Positions 36,891 through 48,500 of a stretch of 64,000 nt of DNA are shown piece by piece. The stretch is from a virus. The first letter of the stretch is position 1. Each line of letters begins with the position of its first letter. The translations under genes were made by a program, and so were the position numbers. The stretch spans positions 1 to 64,000 of IMG/VR virus record IMGVR_UViG_3300042453_004886; one strand, 5' to 3'. The notes beneath the pieces were generated by a model that made no database searches, had not been told where the DNA came from, and saw nothing but the letters and a program-made list of their open reading frames with translations.

Positions 36891-37805
36891 CTAAGAGGGA
36901 ATCTTGCTCTTGAGCAGTTCAACCTCTGCCGAGAGTTCTTTTATAGCGTTAACAAGAACAGGAATTAGTTCTGAGTAAGAAATACCAAGCAAAGGGTTAT
37001 CTCCGTTATCCGGATCTTCCCCAATATTTGAAATAACTTCTGGAATTAATCCTTGAACTTCAGCTGCATTTAGACCAAGGCTTGTTTTTTGGTTGCCAGT
37101 AAAGTTATAAGATATCGGGTTTAGAGACAGTACTTCGGCAAGTCCATAAGACAGGGGCTTAATATTAGATTTTAGTCGAATGTCTGAACTAGATGATAAA
37201 GTGCCTGTTTCGTTTATACTCCAACCACTCGTGTTAATATCTCGTCTCCAGTACCCTAAATTTCCACCAGAGTTGAAATACCAATAAGGTGTAGTACTAA
37301 AGTTGTTTCTACCCTTGGATATTCTGGTTTCACCAGATGTACCATTTGGGGAGATATCAATTGCACCACTTGTTCCATTTCTTCCTAGTGTAAAAACAGC
37401 TAGTTCTGTGCTGTCTACAACAGAAGAAATGTAGTCATTGCCTAAGTTGTTGTCATGCCTTAAAAAAACACCCTGTGTTGTTGTGGATCCAATAAAAATT
37501 TGAGGAACACTGGAAGAAATTGCTCTTATGTTTCCACCGCTAATATCAAGCTTCTGCCCAGGAGAACTGGTACCTATACCTACGTTTCCCCCTGAACCCG
37601 GAGTAAGCACAATGTGCCCGTTAGATTGGTCATTTGCAATTTGAAAATAAGTAATACCAGATCCCGGAATACCGACATAGGCTTGCCGAGCAGACGGAGA
37701 GTAAAACTCTATATACTCGTGATTTGTTCCTGTTAGGCGCAGTAAGCTACCATTTCCGGTTACAAGTGCCTGACCAGAAATAGTCGTGGAGTTCAGTATA
37801 CGCAT
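36891..37805 (-). CDS. Tail fibre with C-terminal intramolecular chaperone (peptidase S74-like)
   Basis: GNVGIGTSSP motif; SSDIRLKSNI...GLNAAEV...PEV...SYSELIPVLVNAIKEL. Confidence 0.88.
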   Translation of the reverse strand: MRILNSTTISGQALVTGNGSLLRLTGTNHEYIEFYSPSARQAYVGIPGSGITYFQIANDQSNGHIVLTPGSGGNVGIGTSSPGQKLDISGGNIRAISSSVPQIFIGSTTTQGVFLRHDNNLGNDYISSVVDSTELAVFTLGRNGTSGAIDISPNGTSGETRISKGRNNFSTTPYWYFNSGGNLGYWRRDINTSGWSINETGTLSSSSDIRLKSNIKPLSYGLAEVLSLNPISYNFTGNQKTSLGLNAAEVQGLIPEVISNIGEDPDNGDNPLLGISYSELIPVLVNAIKELSAEVELLKSKIPS

Positions 37806-37833
37806 GAAGGTTTAGTCCTTTATAGAATAACTA

Positions 37834-39240
37834 CTAACCAACAACAACGACTCGGTATTGATTTGTGGTGGGTGCCGTAGCAAACGTTACAATTACAGCG
37901 TTGACAGTGGATACGGTTACATCAGGAATAACTTGGCTACCGTCGCTCTTGGTGTAAACAAAAACCTGCACATCAAGAGTGTTGAGGTTATGCGTAACCG
38001 TAATAGCGGTAGCTGATCCGTTGCCTACGTCTACAGAATACTTGCCAACAGCACCGAGGTTTGTTCTGGCTGCTGCAGCTGTTGTAGCGCCCGTACCGCC
38101 CGCTGCAACTGCAAGCGTTCCCCAGGTAGGGGCGCCAGCCCCGCCAGACAGAAGAGCTTGCCCAGACGTACCTGCAGCCGTAATTGCCATAGCAGATGCC
38201 GTAGAGTAAACAATACCACCGTTAGCAGCAGTAAGAGCAGCATTGGTTCCACCCTTGTTAAGGCCAATATTGGTGGCGCTCCAGGTACCAGTTGTAACCG
38301 TACCCAGAGTTGCAATACTCGAACCACCGGCATAGGTAGAGGCAACAGAGATGCTGTTACCTGAAATTGAAATGCCTGTGCCGGCAGTTAGCTGACCGGT
38401 TCCAGAGAACTTGGTAAAAGTCAGAGCAGTTGTTCCAAGCGTGATCGGATTTGCTGTTGAAAGTACAAATGCAGCAGATCCGTTTGATGTACCTTGCTCT
38501 ACATATGTATAAAGCCCCGCTTCAACCTCTCCTGAAGGAGAATTATCCGCGTCTACTGCACGACTCCAGGAGCTAGCTGAAACAACATAGATACCGTTTT
38601 GTGATGCAGTTGTCTGATCTTTTACAAGAACTCTGTCTCCAGCGATGACTGCAATACCGTCAATGGTCTGCGTACCTGAAAGTGTGATGTTGGCAGTTGT
38701 AGCTACTCGCACGGGGTCTTTGAATGCAAGTCCGGTCTTGGTGGCATCTACATAATTCTTGGTTGCAGCATCCTGAGCATTCTGAGGATCAGCAACTGAA
38801 GTGATTCTCTGGCTGTTTGCGTTTAAAGCACTTGTAGGTGCTGCAAACTGATCAAGTCTGTAACCCTGAACAACGGTGGAGAGATCAGAGATGGTGCTGG
38901 CTGTTTGAGAGCCTGTATGGTTTGCTCGAGCCAGTGGATCCGTTGCAAGCTTTGAAAGCGCAATAGCAGCACTTGCGTTGATGTCGGCGTTAACAATGAC
39001 ACCAGACGCAATCGAGGTTGCGTTGCTTGAACCATCCGTCGTAACGTCACCGGTTAGCTGTGGAGCAGTTGCGCCGGTTAAATCTTTCCAAGCGCTGCCA
39101 TCCCAAACGTATAACTTGTTTACTGCCGTATCGTAGTAGACCTGACCTGTAACAGGACTTGAGGGCGCAGCAGCTAGATTTTGAACGCGAGCATTTTGGA
39201 GCTCGTTCTTGTTCAAATCTAAATTGTTTACAAACTTCAT
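37834..39240 (-). CDS. Virion fibre/decoration protein
   Basis: DAATKNYVD, VRVATTANITLSGTQTIDG...GDRVLVKDQ...NGIYVV; Gly/Thr/Ala-rich; C-terminal THNL module. Confidence 0.75.
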   Translation of the reverse strand: MKFVNNLDLNKNELQNARVQNLAAAPSSPVTGQVYYDTAVNKLYVWDGSAWKDLTGATAPQLTGDVTTDGSSNATSIASGVIVNADINASAAIALSKLATDPLARANHTGSQTASTISDLSTVVQGYRLDQFAAPTSALNANSQRITSVADPQNAQDAATKNYVDATKTGLAFKDPVRVATTANITLSGTQTIDGIAVIAGDRVLVKDQTTASQNGIYVVSASSWSRAVDADNSPSGEVEAGLYTYVEQGTSNGSAAFVLSTANPITLGTTALTFTKFSGTGQLTAGTGISISGNSISVASTYAGGSSIATLGTVTTGTWSATNIGLNKGGTNAALTAANGGIVYSTASAMAITAAGTSGQALLSGGAGAPTWGTLAVAAGGTGATTAAAARTNLGAVGKYSVDVGNGSATAITVTHNLNTLDVQVFVYTKSDGSQVIPDVTVSTVNAVIVTFATAPTTNQYRVVVVG

Positions 39241-39254
39241 TTATTTACCCTCTC

Positions 39255-39866
39255 TTAGTTAAGGTAAGCCTTTCCACTAAACGCTGCACCAAATTCTAAA
39301 ATAACACGAGACGAAGAAATAATTTGAATATCACCAAAAACAACACTTCCTGCAGAGTCCACAACCGTAACGCTTGGAACTTTCCCTAGCGTGTGATCGA
39401 TTGTCCATGTAGACGCAGGAGTTGTTTGATCGTGAACGTAAGTCGGGGATTCTACCTGAATGTTTTGAAACACGCCTTGGCTGTTTATAACCAAAGTCCC
39501 ATTGATAGATAGACCCCCTACAATATCCAGTTGATTGCTCGTGTTCAACGTCATGGCTCGGGTAGAGCCCTGAACAAACTGCAGGTTACCAGCAGAGTTG
39601 GTCGTCAGATCATTTGGGCTTTCGTAGATTTTCCAACCGCTTCCGCCAACCCACTCGATCCCTTCATTGGGACCTGGATCGTTAAAAGCAAGCTTGTTGA
39701 GATTGCTCAGGTTTTTATCACTGAGGTTTAAATCGACATCAACCGTTCCGCTGGATGCCGCCAAGTAAGTTGAGCTATCAATCGAAGCAGATCCATTATT
39801 TAATTTTACGAATCCGCTAGAGTTCTGATTTGAGATGCTAAGATACTTTTTTCTGTTACTAGACAT
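39255..39866 (-). CDS. Virion fibre-associated protein
   Basis: C-terminal YVHDQTTPASTWTIDHTLG..PSVTVVD module, like the adjacent fibre. Confidence 0.65.
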   Translation of the reverse strand: MSSNRKKYLSISNQNSSGFVKLNNGSASIDSSTYLAASSGTVDVDLNLSDKNLSNLNKLAFNDPGPNEGIEWVGGSGWKIYESPNDLTTNSAGNLQFVQGSTRAMTLNTSNQLDIVGGLSINGTLVINSQGVFQNIQVESPTYVHDQTTPASTWTIDHTLGKVPSVTVVDSAGSVVFGDIQIISSSRVILEFGAAFSGKAYLN

Positions 39867-39878
39867 CCCAACTCCAAT

Positions 39879-41753
39879 TTATTTCCATTTAGGAATTTTA
39901 GATATTCTTGTAGCACCCAATACAGACATTTTAATACCAGATGCACTCCCTAGTCCATACATTTTTTCTTCTTGAGCAATACGAGCTACAACCGTTACCA
40001 CCGCGTCAGCAAGGTCTTTACTGTTTCCAAGACCTTTACCCTTGGGGTGATCGATCTTTCTACCGTTTACAAGCTGAATCTTTTTAAGCTCTTCGTGAAG
40101 TTTCTTGGCAGCTTTTGAGCTATTTGGGTCAGGTAATCTGATCAAGCCGTTGTCCAGTCTGTGCCTGAACAGCTCGTACATGGCTAGCTGTGTTGGCGCA
40201 GAGAACGTGATTTCTTCTGTGATAACTCCCTGAGTGTACAGTTTCTGTAAGCTAGCTTGGTTTTGCCAGTGGTCAAAGCTCAGTCGTCTGACGTTACGTT
40301 TCATACACACTTCAAAGATGTTCTTCTCGACATCTTGAAGATTAACGGGAATCTTGATCTTGGGATTGTTGGGATCTAACTCGGGTTCCCACTCAAGTAC
40401 CAGATCAATTACAGCAATCAAGCCCTTATCACTGGGCTCTCCGTGCCCTACAGCAAAACCAAAGCTATCGTGCTTGATACCTGGGTCTGCGTGAGCGTAA
40501 GAATACTTGTTGAACTCCATCTCTTCGAGATTGATCACCTGTAACCCGACGTAAGCTCTGTACTGGTTTGACTTCATCTCTCTGGCGGTTTCTTCTGAAA
40601 CCAGAGCCACGCCTTGGGTGTCATAAACCTTTGTAGGAGCGTACTGAGCCACGGGCTGCGCCGTTGAGTACAGTTTGAGCATTTCCTTGTTAAAGAAGTC
40701 TTCCTGAGCCCCAGGGCGAACTCCCATGTAATCTCGACGGGCACCTATGGGGTCCGTTGCAAAGAACGTGGTCAAATCTGGATCGTCTTGTCCGGTGTAG
40801 TTGGGGTTTACGTCCCAGGTACACAGTCTCAAACACATCATGCTGGTAGGATCTAGTTGACCGGTCTCAACAAGCTTCCAAAGACGGTCAGACATGTCTC
40901 CTTCTTGCCATGCAGATCCAATGCCAATTTTAATACCGCCGTCTGGATGCAGCTTGAAACGGGTAGTACCTTTACCGACGTTGTCCCAGAGAGCAAGTCC
41001 TGAGCTTTCTACAGATGCGCCAGGCTCAACGGCAAAGCGGTTGACCTCGTCCATCAGCAGTCCCCAGAGGTTCTTACCGACAAGACCTGCGCCTCTTGAG
41101 TGACCCGCACGGAAAATAACGTTCTTTTTGCGGTGAATAATCTCGGTGCTGAGGACTTCAATGTCTCCGCGCTCAATCATAGAACCAAAATATGCAGAGC
41201 TTTCCATACGTGCTTTGGTGTAAGCAAAGATGGTATCTTTGGCCTGCTGTTCATTTGTAGCGATGGATAGAACGAATACAGGGTCTCCGGGCAAAAGCCC
41301 CAGCTCTTGTCCCGGATCTTCCATTTTTGTAAGTCTGTAAAACTCGTAAGAGGACATTGCGCCCGTCAAACTGCTCTTGCTCGAGCCCATTCCGGATTCT
41401 AAGCTAAGGTTTTTATAGCGTTGTCCGGGCACCCAGAGAGCTTTTTTTTCATCAATCCACTTATCCATAATGGCGGCTTCATCAAACTCTGTGTCGTCGC
41501 TTACGCGCCATTTCTTGAGCTTCTCGCCACGCGTAGGGTCATCAGGAGAAATGCACTCTCCCCACAAGCCTTTGCTGAAAGGAATGCCGTAAAAAGCTTT
41601 CATGATGACACGCTGAGCAGGAAACAGGTACAAACCAAGAATTTCCTTGGCGTACTCAACCGGCGACAACATGGAGTTGTCGTTTTGCATGGCTTCAGAA
41701 ATGATCTGATCTAGTAGTCCATCAAAGCCGCGGTCTTTTTTATCTCTTGCCAT
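39879..41753 (-). CDS. terL: Terminase large subunit
   Basis: Q motif (PAQ), GMGSSKS, IATNEQQAK, Walker B LLMDE, nuclease HADPG..HD, FDHWQ and SKDLADAV. Confidence 0.85.
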   Translation of the reverse strand: MARDKKDRGFDGLLDQIISEAMQNDNSMLSPVEYAKEILGLYLFPAQRVIMKAFYGIPFSKGLWGECISPDDPTRGEKLKKWRVSDDTEFDEAAIMDKWIDEKKALWVPGQRYKNLSLESGMGSSKSSLTGAMSSYEFYRLTKMEDPGQELGLLPGDPVFVLSIATNEQQAKDTIFAYTKARMESSAYFGSMIERGDIEVLSTEIIHRKKNVIFRAGHSRGAGLVGKNLWGLLMDEVNRFAVEPGASVESSGLALWDNVGKGTTRFKLHPDGGIKIGIGSAWQEGDMSDRLWKLVETGQLDPTSMMCLRLCTWDVNPNYTGQDDPDLTTFFATDPIGARRDYMGVRPGAQEDFFNKEMLKLYSTAQPVAQYAPTKVYDTQGVALVSEETAREMKSNQYRAYVGLQVINLEEMEFNKYSYAHADPGIKHDSFGFAVGHGEPSDKGLIAVIDLVLEWEPELDPNNPKIKIPVNLQDVEKNIFEVCMKRNVRRLSFDHWQNQASLQKLYTQGVITEEITFSAPTQLAMYELFRHRLDNGLIRLPDPNSSKAAKKLHEELKKIQLVNGRKIDHPKGKGLGNSKDLADAVVTVVARIAQEEKMYGLGSASGIKMSVLGATRISKIPKWK

Positions 41754-41762
41754 GTAGATTTC

Positions 41763-42212
41763 CTAGTCTTTTGCTAAATTACTCTCAGGGTTAGTTACGT
41801 ATACACTCTCATCTTTTTTAATGATCTGTATACTTCTTGAGTTAGATCTAAAATCATTGTAGTTTACGTAGAGTATTTCCCATTTATCCATTTTAGAAAA
41901 ATAGCATATTTCTGGAAACATAGATCCAAATACGCCTGAGTGTAAATTAACTGTACAAAGCAGGATAAAGTCTTCGGTGTAGACTTTATAGCTTCCTAAA
42001 ATTCCAGGAAGCGTTACACCTCCGAGTAAGTCACCTGTTTCTACAAATATGCTTACATCGGGATGATTTATAACCTTCAAAGCAACATCAGGAGGAATAT
42101 CGTTTTGAACTTTTTCCAGACTTTCTACATCTGAAAAAAGCTGATTAACAGAATCCTTGTACTCATCGTTTACACTAAAACCAGGTTGATTGATAGACAT
42201 ATTACTTTCCAC
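41763..42212 (-). CDS. Hypothetical protein
   Basis: 149-aa ORF within the minus-strand operon. Confidence 0.65.
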   Translation of the reverse strand: MESNMSINQPGFSVNDEYKDSVNQLFSDVESLEKVQNDIPPDVALKVINHPDVSIFVETGDLLGGVTLPGILGSYKVYTEDFILLCTVNLHSGVFGSMFPEICYFSKMDKWEILYVNYNDFRSNSRSIQIIKKDESVYVTNPESNLAKD

Positions 42213-45200
42213 TTCCTATTCTTTCCAGTACTCTTAACATTGTCCAGTAGTAATAACCCGGTAATTCAGATTCTAGTAGCTGAGTTTCATTACCAGTTTT
42301 ATCTACCCCAAATAGTCTTATTTCTCCTGTAGTAAGTCTTCTGCTAATAATCGTTTTATACTTCAAGTAAGGATCTGCTGGTACACCCTTTCCACCATTA
42401 AATATTTCATTAATTTCTCTTTGAGTGATTACTTGGTTTGAATTTGAACTGTTTACTTTTGCTTTTATTAAGCTTGATACACCTTCTCTAATATAGTTTA
42501 TATCTTGTAATTCTACAGGATTTATAGGTTTAATATTATTAGTGTTATTCGGTATTAAAACATCTGATCTAGGTATATCTGATAAATCAACACCAGCTAA
42601 ATTTAAGTTTACACTGCTAATAAAAATAATTGAGTTTATATCTATTCCATGAGAAACACACAAAGTACCTAGTATACTAAGTAAATTATTTATCTGTGTA
42701 TTACTTATACTTCTTGTATTGCTAGTATGGCTGTCGCACTCTAATCCTATAAATATAGAGTTTTCTCCTAAGTTGTCGATTCTGCTTCCGTCTTCAATAG
42801 TAATGTAAGCTTTTTTAGGATCTAAAGTACTTACAATTCCTTCAAGTTTAGTTAAAACATTTTCTACTCTTTGTTCTATAGTTCCATCTTTTCGTACAAC
42901 AAAATGGAGAGTTTCTTGTGTACTAGTCTGATCCATATCTTTATTAAATAATCTTATTATTATTCGGGTGGGCTTTAAATCCTGAGTTTTATTACCTGTA
43001 GTCTTAGGTGGAAATTTTATAACTTTAACAGGATTTATAGAAAATTTTATTATATTTTCCGAGTAATTGTATAAAATTTGAACAAGCTCTCCCGTTCTTG
43101 GATCAAATTCGTAAGAATTACCGGAACTTTCTACGTAGGTACCATTTGAACTTTTTGCTAAGCTTCTCATTTTTCTAGAGTTAAGGACTTCTTTTAAAAG
43201 CGCTCTTGCTCCGGCGGGAGTTAAATCTATTACTCCTGAACTTTCTCCAGGAATTGGGTTTCTTCTTATAAACACGCCCTGTATAGGGCTAAACGAAACT
43301 TGACTAATCTGGGTGGGAGTATGGGTACCCCCTTTAACTTTTCTTGATATACCTGTTTTTACAAGAATTAGATCTCTCCAATTACGCTCTAAGTAGTAAG
43401 CAAATCCTTCCCCACTATATTTATCTCCTTGGTAGTGATTTGCGATATTACTGTACTCATCTTTTGTAGCCTGTGGTAAATCTATAGGCCATGGTAACCC
43501 TGTTAGCTCTTGCAAATAATGAGCAAACTCGTGAGCCGTAACACTTAAATAGTCTACTCCCCCAATTAAACGATAATACTTTACGATACTATTATAAGAA
43601 ATTTTTATTATATTTCCGCTATCGTACACTCCTATTGCCCATGTAGTATATATTTCGTGGTCACCCGTGGTTCCTACAAGATCAGTAGAACTAACATTTA
43701 AACTTGTTGGAGCCTCTACCCCGAATACTTCAGCTAATCGAATAGCAAGTTCTTGTGAAGTTTTTGGCATAGGCCTTAACAGTGTAAAACTATTTGTAGC
43801 TGCATCAGTTAGTACGTCAACAGAATCTATACTTACAGAGTTTGCAGTACTTTCAGGGTTAAACTCAAGTTTTAGCGTATTTTCATTGAAACTGTGATCG
43901 GGTATAGGTTGGTTTGTAGCTGCATCCACTATTTCTAGTTTAAACTCTTTAAATTCTTTATTAAGGGGTTTACCTACATCATTTACTAAAACTTCGTTTG
44001 ATCTAGTATTTTCAAATTGATTTAATTCAAATGTTTTTTCTACTTCCCAACTCTGAGAAGAGTTTGTTCTTACGTATAAAGTTACTCTTACTCTACTTGG
44101 GTGATCAGGTATATTAACTGAGAACGAGCTAACTGGCTCAGCTTTATTAAACACTATTGTTACAGTAGTATTCGTATAGGAGTAGTGTCCTTGCTGAAGT
44201 AGTCTAATAGGGTTACTTGTAGTTACTTGCGTGCTTTTTACTGAAGAAGAAGACGCTAGATGATCTAAAGTTTCTACCATGCTTAAAAAGTAAAACTTAA
44301 GTGCTTCTTTTTGGTTCCAAGTTAGTTCTCTATCTTGACTATCGTTTACTACTAAAAACGGAGGGTCTAAATACGCTAGTCTACCGTATTTATTTAATCT
44401 AACTGCCTGTATAGGGGCTTTAAGATCAAGATTTATGTCTATACCAGATTGTTTTATTTCAAATAAGGTAAGAAGATAGTGTTGATTACTGCTGTACCTT
44501 GTGTGAGCATCCTCTTGTCTTAACATACCCTCGGAAGGACTGAAATATAAGGGTATGTCTTTATTTGTTTCTGAATCTTTAAAAGTTAAAGTTATTTTTG
44601 GTCTTAGTAATAGTCCAGAATTTTGTGTTGTTTGAACTATTTTTCTATATTTTGTACTAGAGCTGTTTTGTTTTTCAATCCAATCTATATGGTAATGTGT
44701 GTAATAAATATTCTTATGTCCTTTTACTGCATTACCAGAAGCATCTTGAAAAGTAGACTCAGTATTTGCAGATATTGGAAAGTATCCAATTTTTGGAACC
44801 AAGGAAAAAGTTACGTTAGTAAGTACTCTTTTAAAAGTTTTTGTTTTTTCATCATATTCAGCAATATAGGGAGTTCCATCTGTCTCAAATAATATAACGT
44901 AATTGTCTGTACCGTTCATAACAGCGGTACGACTAAGTTCGGGACTTATATATTTGTCTGAAAATATTACTATACCCCTATTACTTCTAGTTGTTTCGTT
45001 TTCTAGAGTAAGGTCAGAGTAAAGTCTAAAGTAATCCCCAATATTTGTTTTAAATCTGTAATCTAGGTAAACAGCATCTGTTGGTAATTGAATATATTTA
45101 GAGTTTGTAGATAAGATTTGCTTTAATAGTAGCTTTGCATTTTCTCTATCTATGTAAGCAACTTTTCCTGTTGTTATTACAAAAAATTGTCTAGTTATCG

Positions 45201-45549
45201 GATTAAACGACAATTCCTTGTAGGAGTAAGTAGGTAAAAATTGATCGTTTAATTCTTTTTGTTTAAAAAGCTTGGCTTTACTAGTCGGTAACTTGAGAGA
45301 CCTATCTCCACTAATTATTGAGGCTGCCTTTACTATTTTTGTAGACTTTATAGCATAAATTCCTTTTCTTGTTTTTTCTTCAACATCATCTACAATACTT
45401 GATACAAGCTCAGCATCTTCTTTTCCAACCTTTATTATTTCTCTAACTATGCTTTTTAGTACTCTTTGTAAAGTAGAGTAATGCCTTCTAAGAGCAGCTA
45501 TATCTAAATAAGATTTAGATATTTTATTAGACTTTTTTGGATCAGCCAT
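42202..45549 (-). CDS. Large multidomain protein A: gluzincin HExxH peptidase + degenerate amidase-like domain
   Basis: AHEFAHYLQ...EGFAYY; HFVVRKDGTIEQ...SIFIGLE; paralog of 45551-48916. Confidence 0.7.
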   Translation of the reverse strand: MADPKKSNKISKSYLDIAALRRHYSTLQRVLKSIVREIIKVGKEDAELVSSIVDDVEEKTRKGIYAIKSTKIVKAASIISGDRSLKLPTSKAKLFKQKELNDQFLPTYSYKELSFNPITRQFFVITTGKVAYIDRENAKLLLKQILSTNSKYIQLPTDAVYLDYRFKTNIGDYFRLYSDLTLENETTRSNRGIVIFSDKYISPELSRTAVMNGTDNYVILFETDGTPYIAEYDEKTKTFKRVLTNVTFSLVPKIGYFPISANTESTFQDASGNAVKGHKNIYYTHYHIDWIEKQNSSSTKYRKIVQTTQNSGLLLRPKITLTFKDSETNKDIPLYFSPSEGMLRQEDAHTRYSSNQHYLLTLFEIKQSGIDINLDLKAPIQAVRLNKYGRLAYLDPPFLVVNDSQDRELTWNQKEALKFYFLSMVETLDHLASSSSVKSTQVTTSNPIRLLQQGHYSYTNTTVTIVFNKAEPVSSFSVNIPDHPSRVRVTLYVRTNSSQSWEVEKTFELNQFENTRSNEVLVNDVGKPLNKEFKEFKLEIVDAATNQPIPDHSFNENTLKLEFNPESTANSVSIDSVDVLTDAATNSFTLLRPMPKTSQELAIRLAEVFGVEAPTSLNVSSTDLVGTTGDHEIYTTWAIGVYDSGNIIKISYNSIVKYYRLIGGVDYLSVTAHEFAHYLQELTGLPWPIDLPQATKDEYSNIANHYQGDKYSGEGFAYYLERNWRDLILVKTGISRKVKGGTHTPTQISQVSFSPIQGVFIRRNPIPGESSGVIDLTPAGARALLKEVLNSRKMRSLAKSSNGTYVESSGNSYEFDPRTGELVQILYNYSENIIKFSINPVKVIKFPPKTTGNKTQDLKPTRIIIRLFNKDMDQTSTQETLHFVVRKDGTIEQRVENVLTKLEGIVSTLDPKKAYITIEDGSRIDNLGENSIFIGLECDSHTSNTRSISNTQINNLLSILGTLCVSHGIDINSIIFISSVNLNLAGVDLSDIPRSDVLIPNNTNNIKPINPVELQDINYIREGVSSLIKAKVNSSNSNQVITQREINEIFNGGKGVPADPYLKYKTIISRRLTTGEIRLFGVDKTGNETQLLESELPGYYYWTMLRVLERIGSGK

Positions 45550-45550
45550 A

Positions 45551-48500
45551 CTATTTTCTTCCAGCTATTCTAAGCAAAGCTCTTACTGAGGAGTGATAGT
45601 AATAAGCTGGTAATTCAGATTCTAGTAGTTGAATTTCGTTACCAAGTTTATCTATTCCAAACAGCCGCATCTGTCCATTAGGGAGTCTTCTGCTAATAAT
45701 TGTTTTATACTTTAAATGGGGATCAGGTGGCACACCCCTACCGTTATTAAATAATTGGTTAATTTCTTTATAAGTAATAAGGTGATTTAAATTTATACTA
45801 TTTTTATTGGAACCCTTAGATTTTATTAGATTTTCAACAGCTTCTATTATGTAATTTATATCTTGTAAATCTCCAGGACTTACGTTTATACTCATTATTT
45901 CTTGTATAGAAAACGTCGAGCCTTTTACAACATTACTAAAGAAAATTGAATCTTTCTCTATTCTGTAAGATAACCTAATTACAGCTAGCAAGCTAAACAA
46001 AGATTCTATTTGTTTAGGGGTTATGTGAGAGTTATAAATGTCGGCTGGGTCACACTCTATACCTATAACCATAGAATCAGAGAACAAACTGTCAATTTTA
46101 AGATTACCTTGTTGAATGTAAGCACTATCTGAGCTAAAAGATGACAGACAAGTTAAAATATTATTTACTTTTTGTTCAATAGTCCCATCTTTTTTTACAA
46201 CAAAATGAAACGTTTCTTCAGTTTTAGTAGCATGCGTAGAACTTTGAAACATTTTCAATATAATTCTGTTTACAAAGACCATAAGTCCAGGACCCCTGTT
46301 GGGGTATTTTGGAGGCAGATCTACTTTTTCTACAGGCTTTACATTAAACTTTACTAAGTTTGCTGCGTAATTCGTTGAAATCTGACCAAACTCTCCTGTT
46401 CTTGGATCAAACCTGTAAACATTTGAAGATGCATCTATATACTGTATTTCTCCATTAATATTACTTACTGTTGGTAAGTTTCTTACTCCTTGATTATTGT
46501 GTATTTCTCTTAAAAGAAGCTGAGCAACCGCGGGAGTCAGGTCTAAAGAACCTTTATATTCTCCAGTTACAGGATCTCTTCTCATAAAAAGTCCTTGAAT
46601 GGGGCTAAAACTAACTTCCTCTAGTCTAGTTACCTGATAACTTCCTTCAGCTACTTCGGTTAGTACACCTGTTTTTACAATAATAAGGTCTTTCCAGTTC
46701 TCTTCTACGTAGTATGCAAATCCTTCTAATGACCTGTTTTCACCTTGTCTTGTATCAGCGTAGTTACTGTATTCGTCTTTTGTAGCTTGCGGTAAGTTAA
46801 CAGGCCAAGGTACTCCTGTTAAGTCTTGCAAGTAGTGAGCAAACTCGTGTGCAACAACGTTTAAAACGTCACCCTTATAAAACCTAACTGTATCTGCCAA
46901 TTTTATTCTTACTATGTTTCCACCGTCAGTGTATGTACCAATTGCGTCAGTACTGTGAATAACGTGATCACCACTGTTTCCGGAAAGTAAATCAACAATA
47001 TAACCTGATGGAGCTTCCACTCCAAACGATTCCGCTAATCTACTTAAAAGCTCTGCAATAGCACGATCAACATCAGATTTATCTTGAACATTAGATATTC
47101 TTGGAAGGGGTCTTAACAGCTTAAAACTATTAGTTGATGTATCTGTTAAAGCATCAACAGAGTTTATATCTACTAAAGGTACGTGTGACTCGTGTTTGTA
47201 CTCAAGTTTAAACGTATTCTGATTAAAGCCACTAGAAGATGGTAAACTATTTCCAAAAACATCAACTATACGTAATTTAAACTCTCTATATTCAACTGCA
47301 GTTGTACTATCTTTTTCTAATATTTCTATACCAGTCCTAGATGCTTCCGGGTAAATTCCTGCACTATCTGCAAACAGCGATATTTCATTTAGTTGAGTCC
47401 AGCTTTGACTTGAGTTTACTCTTCCAGATACAATCAATCGAATAACTTGAGGGTTGCTTGACGAGTAAGGGATTACAACAGAAAACCGATTTACTACTTG
47501 TGGTCTGCTAAATACAACAGTTATTTCACTATTTGTAAAAGAGTACTGTCCGTTTTGCATCACTTTAGGTGGAGAAATTTGAATATTTAGTCTGCTTTTT
47601 AATGATCTTTCAGAAGATAAATGATCTAGTGCTTTTACCATGCTTAAGAAATAAAATATTAAAGCTTCTCTTTGATTCCAACTAAGTTCTCTATCAGGAC
47701 TATCGTTTGTTATTAAGTATGGGAAATCTAAGTAAGCCAGCTTACCATATTTATTTGTTTTAACGACCTGTACAAAATTTTTCCAGTCAAACCCCATACC
47801 TGATTCTACTATTTCAAACAAGGTAAGAAGATAATGCTGATTGCTGCTGTATCTTGTGTGAGCATCATCTTGTCTTAACATACCCTCTGAAGCGCTAAAG
47901 TACAGGGGAATGTCTTTACCTGTCTCCGAGTCTTTAAATCTTAGAGTTATTTTTGGTCTAAGAGATCCCTTGTTTTCTTCTTGTTGAAATATTTTTCTGT
48001 ACTTAAGTGGTGAATTATTTTGTTTTTCTACTTCAACAATTTGATTGTCTTCCATGTAGTCTAAATCATAAAATGATTTTGCTCTATTGTTAGGATCTAG
48101 TACTGTGTGTTTAGTGTGTGAGCTTACAAGATAGTAACCAGTCTTGGGAATTAGTGAAAACTTTATATGACTAAGAACCTTTGTAAATGTCCTTGTTTTT
48201 TTATTATACTCCGCAATATAAGGTGTTCCATCTGCTTCAAACAGTATACCAAGTTGAAAGTCATTGCCTACAGGACCAAGTGCAATAAGCTCTCTTTTTA
48301 AATCTTTATCTGCAAATATAACTAAATCTACTCTTTGATTTGTTGTTTGCTCAAATTCTAGAGAATTATTAGAGTAAACTCTATAATAGTTATTTTCTGA
48401 TGTTCTAATTCTATACGCTAAGTACGGAGCTTCAACAGCTAGCTGTAGATATTGGGAGTTTGTAGATAAAATTTGCTCTAGTATAAGTGCTGCGTTTTCT